A DNA stretch of 64,000 nt from Azolla caroliniana. Lineage: Eukaryota > Plantae > Polypodiophyta. The notes beneath the pieces were generated by a model, which worked only from the letters and a program-made list of their open reading frames with translations, had not been told where the DNA came from and ran no database searches. The stretch lies in contig JBHGNT010000009.1 of NCBI GenBank assembly GCA_043228905.1, positions 9,796,001-9,860,000 on the forward strand, written 5' to 3'. The stretch's first letter is position 1, and each line of letters begins with the position of its first letter. Positions 50,807-60,537 of the stretch are shown here, in pieces. The translations under genes and the position numbers were made by a program.

Positions 50807-51480
50807 GTATTGTAAAGATAATATATTGCACTATAAGATGGATTACAATGACTAAACAACAAGCGAGCTCTAAAATGGTGTTGAACCAAATTGGTTCATC
50901 CTTGATTATTAGATGCATATTTATAATCCTAATAGGGTATTTTAGAAAGTCCTAGAATAAAGAGTATGCTAGAATATTCTAGAACATTCTAGACCATAGA
51001 GCACTCTCGAATATTCTAGAACATTCTAGAACATAGAGTACTCTAGAATATTTTATAATATTCTATATAGTTTATAAATTCTTTATACATATAAATATAT
51101 CATTACAATGGTTAAGAATTTGACACGTATATAACAAAGTTGTGGGTTCGAATCCTTGTAAACCCAAATCATATGTGAGTGTCAACATGACACTTTCACG
51201 TCGGGTTCACCAAGAAAGATGTTGAGGAAATCCTCGTGTGCTCATGAAATGAAGGGGGACCACTAAGGTCCTGGACCGGAAGGATTCAAAGTTTTAGTAG
51301 TGTAAGAGAGAAAGTATTTAAGACAGATAGAGAGATTCCAATTTTGACTTTTCACCCTTCACTTCAAGTTTTGAGAGACAAAACCAATGATATAATTAGG
51401 ATTTTATTATTCTTAAGTTCTTAATTCAATACATCACTGAAAAGGAATATGTGTGGAAGCGTGTGCGTAAAAGACACAAA
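49492..51480 (-). mobile_element. Trp-Gypsy copy T2, 5' part (gag, PBS 51195-51212, 5' LTR remnant from 51220)
   Basis: gag fragments 50272-50655, 49667-50089 and 49406-49648 are homologous to T1; perfect TGGTGAACCCGACGTGAA PBS. The outer LTR limit is uncertain. Confidence 0.85.
50699..51192. mobile_element. Solo LTR (494 bp) inserted beside the T2 PBS
   Basis: TATCATG...CATGACA termini, perfect 5-bp TSD CTTTC; contains (GA)n/(GT)n and TTCTAGAA repeats. Confidence 0.85.
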
Positions 51481-51489
51481 GTACATGGT

Positions 51490-51962
51490 TCGGTGAAACA
51501 TTTCGATTGAATCGGTCGCTTCCGATTTGTCTCCGCTTTCGCCCTTCTTGGTTGTCTCCAATTCGTCTTTTGTCTTCAGGCCCTTGACCACATCCGACCA
51601 TGTCTTCGTCTTGTCCTTTTCTCCCTTCTTGGTTTTATCTCCCCCTAGCTCGGCTATCTTAGGCTCTTCCCTACGGTGGTCGCCCTTTTCTTCTCCTTCG
51701 GCTCCTACAGCCGACCCGAAATCGAATGCTTCATCTGACTCGGAATCGTGGTCACTTTCGCTCCTCACACGCTCTTATTCTATCTCCTCCTCAAGTTCAG
51801 CAAATCAAGGTGGCGCAACCCAAGCGCACTCGAGAATATCCACCACTTATCGAGACCAAGAGGCTTGGTGAAAATATCGACAGTCTATCGACCCGTCGGA
51901 ACATACACTAGTTCAACGTCACCAGAGAGGACATGCTCGCAGACAAAATGGTAGTGCACCTC
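51490..51962 (-). pseudogene. Copia A-family RNase H end and charged 3' extension
   Basis: EVHYH...DIFTKPL remnant followed by a KTKTWSDVVKGL region homologous to 6037-6399. Confidence 0.75.
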
Positions 51963-54212
51963 TGTAAAGAATCGATGGTGATTCTTGTGCAGTGGAATAG
52001 ACTAGAGATATGTGTTGTGAGTGTGTGTGTGTATGAGGGTGAGAGATAGTGAGAGAGAAACACAAGATTGATAGATTTGAACAACTATGGAATACTCAAG
52101 ATGATGTATATTACAAAGGAGATTAACCGAACTAATTACAAAGTAGGAGGAGATTGCTTTATATTGTCATTCTCTCTCTTCATTAACTACCGAAGCTCAT
52201 GGGTCGTGGGGAATGTGAAAAATCATTAGCTATGTGTCATAGAATATGATTCTATGACACATAGTTAATGTGTAGATAAGAGTGGTGACTTTTGACCTTT
52301 GAGTGCACACTCTCAAGGGTGTGTTCACACACTAGACTAGGTTGAGCTTGATTCTCAACACGCCCCCTCAAGCTCAACTTTGGTCGGCTACTTCGGTTGA
52401 TGTCAGTTTCAGCTCGTATCCGGTTCGGACGGTATCTGGTACATCCAGCTCGTATCCGGTTTGGCCAGTATCCGGTTTTCGCTTGTACTCCCCCTCAAGC
52501 TTGGCAAGTGAAGGACCGTCAATCCAAGGTCTGACAGGAATTTCTGAAGCTTGTCGGCTCCTAGGGCTTTGGTGAAGATGTCGTTTGTTTGAAGATTCGT
52601 AGTGATACGTTGAAGGTCGACATCGCCAGCCTGAACACGTTCTCGAATGAAGTGATAGTGCACTTCGATATGCTTCGTGCGTGCGTGGAACACCGGGTTC
52701 CGAGCCAGATAAATACTGCTCATGGTGTCATAGTAAAGGATAATCGGATCTTTGATGGGAACGCCCAAATCCTTTAATATCCTCTTGAGCCATACGGCTT
52801 CACATGCAGCCACCGCCACACCCCTGTATTCGGCCTCTGTGCTCGAAAGAGTGACGGTTGTTTGCTTCTTGCTACTCCAGGAGATGGCTCCACTTCTGAG
52901 GGAGAAGATGAAACTAGAGGTTGATCGTCAGTCGTCTTTGTAGCCTACCCAGTTGGCATCTGTGTACCCCTTGAGTTGAATTGGCGTGGTCGACTTATAG
53001 AGAAGGGCATAGTCCATCGTTCCGCTCATGTATCGTAGCACTCTCTTAGCACAATCCAAATGGATATCTCATGGTGTTTGCATGAACTGGCTAAGAAGGC
53101 CGACCGGATAGCTCAGGTCTGGTCGAGTGATTGTGAGGTAGATAAGACTACCGATCAATTGTCGATACTAAGTCAGCTCACACTCTGTGGTGCCAAAATT
53201 GGCATCTAGTTTGAGGTTTCGATCGAGAGGTGTTGCCACAGACTTGCACTCAGTCATCCCGAACTTGTATAACAAGTTGAGAATGTACTGCCATTGGGAG
53301 ATCATAATTCCGGTTGGAGTCTGAATTACCTCGATGCCAACGAAGTAGTGGAGCTCTTTCATGGCCGTCATCTCAAATTTGTTGGAAAGGAGGGATTTGA
53401 CCTTGTTGATGTGGACTAGATGCTCACCTCCAATGACAAGATCATCCACATATAGGATGATGACGATTGGACTTTCGGAATCACTTCTTACATAGAGAGA
53501 ATTGTCAGATTTTGACATTCGGAAGCCGATTCGATGAAGATATTGTGTTATCTTTGAGTGCCAAGCACATGGTGCTTTCTTAAGACCGTAGAGAGGCTTC
53601 TTGAGTCAGCAAATGGCTTTCGGATGAATGTTGGATTCGAAGCCGGGTGGTTGTACCTTGTTGAGAGCTTGCATCTCCTCGTTCATCGCTTCGACCCATC
53701 GTGGATCTTTAGTGGCTTTGGCAAAGCTCTCCGGTTCTCGAACGGTTGCCACCTTCATCATAAAGGCATAGTGGTATGCCATATAGTTGTTGTAGCCGAA
53801 TCGGCTAACTAGATTATTCTCTCGGGTGGAGTGATGAAGTTTCTCATTTGCCGATGTGAGTGCATTCTCAACTCCAAGTGACCTCATAAGAGGCACATCA
53901 AAGTCATCGAACTCACTATCGAGTGAATGAGTCGATTCGTTGCCGTCGAAGTGATTGTCTTCATATTCTCGCATTTTGGCCTTCCCTTTGTCCATCTTTG
54001 GACTTGGCCGAGATGATCTTTGGTTGCTCAGAGGCTATTATGGTCCACTCAATCTGGTTGAGATCAGACTCTCTTCGAGTATTGACCTTAGTTGATCATC
54101 GTCTTCTGTGTTGTCGAGGTTGTTCGTAGATGGTTCGGGAGGAGTCGGCTCGGGTTTGTACCATGATGTTGAGTCGTCAAAGAAGACATCCCGACTTACA
54201 GGAGTCTTCCGA
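51963..54212 (-). mobile_element. Degenerate Ty1/Copia element E (3' LTR 51963-52360, PPT 52361-52371, RH, RT)
   Basis: TTGAGGGGGCG then TGTTGAG...TTTACA on minus; ARTKHIEVHYHFIRE; ILYVDDLVI; internal deletion in RT near 53657. Confidence 0.85.
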
Positions 54213-54618
54213 TGTTAAGAGTCTATTACTAATCAATAGACCAAATCAAGTAAAAAGGAAGAAAATAGATTGGATAGAAGAACCCGTTCCACCCGACCAC
54301 CCCCGAGCTATGATCTAGACATAGCCAACCTACCACCGACGTCCCATACCGCCGGATATTAGGATGACTAATACCTTGGAAGAGATAAACACGATCGTCG
54401 AGACGAAAGCCTAGCCCGCACCACCGGTGTCTACGACAACAGCCTTCCGACGTGATGATCCTTATGAGGGTAGCTAAGCCTCATATTTATACCTTTTCCT
54501 AGGCCCCTTGAATAGATGTGCCTTTCTAAAAGGCTCTCTATTCATTGGTTGTCTAAATCATGATAGTGCATGCACATATCATTCATTCTATCCAATCATT
54601 AGTCGGGTGAAAGCATGC
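54213..54618. repeat. Possible LTR fragment of another element
   Basis: Begins TGTTAAG where Copia E homology stops; TATAAAT on minus ~54486. No partner or TSD found. Confidence 0.3.
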
Positions 54619-54956
54619 GAGTGGAAACAATTAGCTATGTCCTTGACATAGCTAATTAGCTATGCAAAAAGCTACCATTGATAAATAGTCATTTTAGTAA
54701 AAAGCCATCATTAATAAATTAAGTATGCAAAAAACTACCATTGAAAATACTAGAGTGTTTTAATTACATATGTAAATGAGTGCCATAAATGTGCAACATA
54801 AATTGATGTGTGCACCATAAATGTGTACCATAAATTATATATCGAATTCCTAGGTCCATTATGCATGATCCTTTGCCACATCACGTAGGCCATCTCTAGT
54901 TGAGTACTGTGGGTTAGTTGCTACCACTGTTGCTAAACCCTATCGAGTCCACCTGC

Positions 54957-55830
54957 CGCCACTCTACACTGAGGGGCTGCTACTGTGCGTTCCAAGCATC
55001 ATCAAAGAGCTGCTCAATCTGACGGGGTTCTCTTCTCTGTGACACTCTACACTCAGGGGCCACTATTGTGCATTCCAAGCATCATCAAAGAGCTGTTCAA
55101 TCTGACGGGGTTCTCTTCTCTGTGCCACTCTACACTCAGGGGCCATTACTGTGCGTTCCAAGCATCATCAAAGAGCTGTTCAATCTGAGGGGGTTCTCTT
55201 CTCTGTGCCACTCTACACTCAGGGGCCATTACTGTGCGTTCCAACCATCATCAAAGAGCTGTTCAATCTGAGGGGGTTCTCTTCTCTGTGCCACTCTACA
55301 CTCAGGGGCCGCTGCTGTGCGTTCCAAGCATCATCAAAGAGTTGTTCAATCTGACGGGGTTCTCTTCTCTTTGCCACTCTACACTCAGGGGTTGCTACTG
55401 TGCGTTCCAAGCATAATCGAAGAGCTATTCAATCTGACGGGGTTCTCTTCTCTTTTCCACTCTCACTCAGGGGCCGCTATTGTGCGTTTCAAGCATCATT
55501 GGTAACTGTTCAATCTGACGGGGTTCTCTTCTCTTTTCCACTCTCACTCAGGGGCCGCTACTGTGCGTTTCAAGCATCATTGGTAACTGTTCAATCTGAC
55601 GGGGTTCTCTTCTCTATGCCACTCTATTCTCAAGTGCCTTCTATGTGCGTTTCAAGCATCATCGGTAACTGTTCAATCTGACGGGGTTCTCTCCTCCATT
55701 GCCATCATTCTATACTCAGTTGCCACTACTGTCCAGTCCCGGATTGCTTCCACATTTCGATTTGACGGAGTTCACTCATCCAACGGCAACATTCTACACT
55801 CAGTTGTTGCCATTGGTCGGTCTTGGATCG
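54957..55830. repeat. 83-bp (then 81-bp) tandem array, ~9 copies plus degenerate tail
   Basis: Unit GCCACTCTACACTCAGGGG...GGGGTTCTCTTCTCTGT; ORF starts recur every 83 bp. Confidence 0.95.
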
Positions 55831-56027
55831 CCTCCTCAACTGTTGGATCCAACAGAGTGAAATCCTCTACTGTTCGGTCTTGGATTGCAATAACTTTTCT
55901 GTCTATTGATTATCTTGTGTATTGTTGTGTCTAATCTTGTGTATTGTGTGGAATATTTTTGTGTATTGTTGTTGCCCATAGCCATCTTTAATACTTGTTT
56001 TTTTTTCTGGAAATTTAGGGTTTTAAC

Positions 56028-58903
56028 ATGTCTAGCCAAATGGAAGGGGAAGAAGGGTGTTTAGAATTACCCCTCAATGATCATAAGGATAGGGATGATG
56101 TTATCAGGACACAACAAGCCATACGAAACTATTGGGCAGAAAAAAAAAGGAAACATCGTCAATTGTTGAAGGATACGAAAGCCACACTCAGTAAAGGTAA
56201 GGATAGTTTAGATGAGAATGTAAGTAATGCGACTACCATCATAGAGAGAAAGGTTGTAGACTATTTCAATGTTCAAACCAAGCACATCAGCAATGAAGAA
56301 AAGAAGGTAGTACTTTATGGAATATGTAATGATCCATCGATAAAGGACTTAGTTGATTGTGATGGTCTTAATGCAAACATATCATCTATTTTAGTAAATA
56401 ATCTTCGTAATAGTTTCGTATCCATGAGCAGGTCAGAAGATGATCTTGTCTTAAAAAGGTCTAGTCTAATGATGTTACTTAATAGTGATGTTGACGATAT
56501 AAACATCAGTGAGCTATCTAAGGTAATTGGTGTTAGTAGAAAAACAGTGTACAATACAATGAACCGTATAATTTCCTCGGGTGAAGGAACTAGTCTACTA
56601 AAGCTAACTACAAGATGTAAGCCAATGACACCCATAACATTTGAAATCAAGGATGTAATCACAATGTTTTGGACTAATGAGAGTAGGGTTTCACCCAATA
56701 AAAAGGATTTATGCAGGAAACGTGTTGGAAGAAATCAATACGAGGAGCATCCCATTCATCTTCTTGATGTGCCTCAGGTATTTACATTTATCTCAACATT
56801 TGTTTTGACTCTACTCGGAAAGTTAATTAGCTCAGTTAGCAGAAAAGCTAATTAGCTGTACTGCTAGCTAGTTAGCTATCATGGTAGCTAGTTAGCTATT
56901 TCGTTATTACCAGCTAATTAGCTACTAGGAAAGCTAATTAGCTACCATGATAGCTAATTAGCTACTATGATAGCTACTACATAGGTAACTGGCTACTCTC
57001 AATAGCTACTACCATGATAGCTAATTAGTTAGGATAGCTAATTAGCCACCATTATAGCTAATTAGCTACTAGACCAGCTAATTAGCTACCATGATAGCTA
57101 ATTAGTTACTAGGACAGCTAATTAGCCACCGTGATAGCTAATTAGCTACCATGATAGCTAATTAGCTACTATACCAGCTAATTAGCTACCATGATAGCTA
57201 ATTAGTTACTAGGAAAGCTAATCAGCCACCATTATAGCTAATTAGCTACTAGACTAGCTAATTAGCTACCACGATAGCTAATTAGCTACTAGACCAGCTA
57301 ATTAGCTACCATGATAGCTAATTAGTTACTAGGAAAGCTAATTAGCCACCATGATAGCTAATTAGCTAGTAGACAAGCTAATTAGCCACCATGATAGCTA
57401 ATTAGCTACTAGGACAACTAATTAGCTACTAGGACAGCTAATTAGCTACCATGATAGCTAATTAGCTACTACGACAGCTAATTAGCTACCATGATAGCTA
57501 ATTAGCTACTAGAATAGCTAATTAGCTACTAGAATAGCTAATTAGCTACCATGATAGCTAATTAGCTACTATGACAGCTAATTAGCTACCATGATAGCTA
57601 ATTAGCTACTACGACAGCTAATTAGCTACCATGATAGCTAATTAGCTACTAGAATAGCTAATTAGCTACCATGATAGCTAATTAGCTACTACGACAGCTA
57701 ATTAGCTCCCATGATAGCTAATTAGCTACCATGATAGCTAATTAGCTACTAGGACAACCAATTAGCTACTAGGACAGCTAATTAGCTACCATGATAGCTA
57801 ATTAGCTACTACGACAGCTAATTAGCTACCATGATAGCTAATTAGCTACGAGAATAGCTAATTAGCTACCATGATAGCTAATTAGCTACTACGACAGCTA
57901 ATTAACTACCATGATAGCTAATTAGCTAGTAGGACAGCTAATTAGCTACCATGATAGCTAATTAGCTACTAGAATAGCTAATTAGCTACCATGATAGCTA
58001 ATTAGCTACTACGACAGCTAATTAGCTACTAGGATAGTTAGCTAGTTACGAGAATAACTAATTCCCCTTTATTACGCAGGTCGATTTATTTATTAGGTTC
58101 AAACGAATGCATCCAACTATCAAAGTTCAACTACGAACATTCGAGTCTCTTAAGCCACACTTTGTGAATTTTTAAGAACAAATATGTCGACGAGTGCCAC
58201 AGGTGTTTATTCCTCGCAAGTTCGAGATATCAAACGTGAATTTTGGGAAGTGATGATAGATGAAGTAAATAGGGAGAAGACCTGGGAGTGCCAAGGAATT
58301 CCCGAATTGCGATCTCTGCATGCTGTTCGCGGTTATTCCAGGTTGGATGGTCATTGTATTGCGGTGAGAGAATTGACTTGTTTTTGCTTCCATTGTGTGC
58401 AGGGAAATTGGAGATATTGTCTAAACAAAGCATACATTCAGAATTGGGAGTATCACACTCTGAATGATAAGGAAGCAGTTGATGGAGAAACAGGGCAGAA
58501 TGCTGACTTCACATATGAGGGACTTGGAGATACTTTGAGTGATGTCCTGAACGTTGGGGATAACTTCGCTGTAAATGCTGAAGAAGGCAATTCAGAGGGT
58601 GCTGATTTCTATATATTAAAGTGCACGGTTAGTAAACAGTGTGCAAGGCAGAATATTGTAGATGCATGGGGAAATTTTGTATCTGCCGGGACATTCTACA
58701 TCGAAGGCATTTTTTATGCAAAACTAGATGACTACGAATATGTGTACAGGCTGTTAGAAGACAAACCAGCAGCGTATATGTACTCTCATTTGGTCAGATG
58801 CATCAACGTCCCAATGTCAGAATACAATAGCTGCTCCGGTTTATACACTGTTGGTGCTAATGTGTATGAATGTATTTACAATAGTATGCCATGGAATTTG
58901 TAG
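56028..58903 (+). pseudogene. Spliced transposase-like gene (Sola2-like) with catalytic core deleted
   Basis: Exon 56028-56777 (HTH ISELSKVIGVSRKTVY; FWTNESRVSPNKKD), phase-0 GT-AG intron 56778-58079, exon 2 continues in frame (LFIRFKRMHPTIKV..FESLKPHFV). It then shifts frame at ~58165 into the C-terminal IPELRSLH...RELTCFCFHC region. Confidence 0.65.
56820..58062. repeat. Palindromic 20-bp-period satellite (TAGCTAATTAGCTA + 6-nt spacer), intronic
   Basis: Strict 20-bp register ~57035-58030, spacers alternating CCATGA with CTAGGA/CTACGA-type variants. Confidence 0.97.
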
Positions 58904-59272
58904 CTACAAGTAGCACTTACCATGTTCTCTTGTAAAACAAACATGTATTTCGCGAAAACAGATCAATAAATTCGTTTGGAATCAATTTCTTGTATACAGT
59001 CTGCTTTCTGTGCTTCTTTCTCAATAAAATCATGTCTTTTTTGTTAAGTTTTAAGTTATAAGTTATAGCGAAATAGTCATCAGTAGCTAATTAGCTGTAC
59101 AAATGCAGCTAATTAGCTGTACAAATGTAGCTAATTAGCTGTCAATAGCTAAATAGTCATCAATAGAATGAAATCAACAATCTGCAACATATTCCTCAAA
59201 TTACATAGTAGATAAGTACAGTGGGAACAAGTAATTAAATTCTTCATTGAATAATGTCATCTCTTTACATAT

Positions 59273-60288
59273 TTATAAATTACCATTGGAAATGTCTACA
59301 AATCTCCTATAAACAGCTAAGCTCTTGCTAGTCAGTGGAACGAGTCTACATATATTATCCGCATATTGAGCTCGGTATGGAGTCCACAACCATGCACCTA
59401 GTTGGCAGCTCACTGTTTGCACCAGGTACTGTTCAGGCATTTCCTCGGGTAGAATGAGACAGCATCTCCGAATATTGAAGTAGTGTCGGAAATGTTCTGT
59501 ATCCAAAATCAATGTATTGTCAGCATTATATTCAGGCCAAGTAGCCCAAAAATCAGAAAGCCTCTTGAATCTTGCAGCTTCCATCTGCTCACAATTTTCT
59601 CGTGCCCATTGACCTTTAAAACGACTTCACCATTTTGGGAAGAATCTTGCCAAACACTTCCACACATCTGATTTTGGTTTCTCACTCCAAATAAACAAAT
59701 CGAAGTACTCCGCAACCCACTCTAGAAACTGATTTGCGTCCCTCCTTGGCTGCATATATCTCACACTCATCAAGACTTTATCCAGCTCCAAGATCAAGGC
59801 TCTTCGCTCGACTTCTAGTGGTTTAGGTTTCCATTCCTGAAACTGAGCCGCTGTTACACCATTTTCTGGTAGGATACGATCAATCTCAATCAGCTCAGGT
59901 TCGGCTGACACAACTGGTGTCCTTTTCCTCTTTAAACCCCTAGTCGACTGTGTTGGGCCTAGCTTCACATTCTGGTGCTCTTGTTTTGTCGACTTAGTTA
60001 TCAATCCTTGGATTACCTCAGTGCATGTAGCTACTGTTCTGCTCGATATCAATCCACTGGTATCACATTCTGCATCTACCTGCAACACCAAGTCATCCGT
60101 GCTACATGCTGCATCTACCTGCAACACCAAGTCATCCGTGCTACATGCTTGATCAACTTGTGTGACCAGATCACTTGTGTCAGTTGCTACATCTACTTTC
60201 AAGATGGGGCCCTTTAAACATGCCGCAACATCAACAGTATCCACACTGCCATTGGCCTTACGAGCAATAGAATCAAACCCTTTAGACT
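59273..60288 (-). pseudogene. FCP1/SCP (NIF)-like HAD domain protein with degenerate catalytic motif and one in-frame stop
   Basis: ALILELDKVL, RRDANQFLE..FDLFIWS, W.RENC, KRLS..W, NTLILD motifs. ORFs 59627-60367 and 59273-59584 share a frame separated by one TGA. 13-aa repeats and KRKR lie upstream. Confidence 0.65.
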
Positions 60289-60537
60289 CTGCAACATCAG
60301 AAAACACCAACATATTCACACTCACAAAGTAACTACTAGTCTCACAAAACAATATCCTGAACATCAAAGAGTTTCAGTCATAGAACAACACTCTTCAAAT
60401 TATCTTGGAAAAACATCATAGAGTTCCATTACATAATGTGGATCAAGCAACAACCAATCTGAGGTTTTACTTGTCCAACAGGATAGTAAAACTTCATAAA
60501 ACCCTAGCAAAATCCCTAAGCTAACAATCATATCCAA

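Noticed and set aside
54985-55681. Repeated 60-90-aa ORFs
   Set aside because: Products of the 83-bp repeat with GTG starts; the unit length is not a multiple of 3.
60289-60537. Intron fusing the RING gene to the HAD domain
   Set aside because: A phase-1 acceptor exists at 60289, but no convincing phase-matched donor was found; left unresolved.
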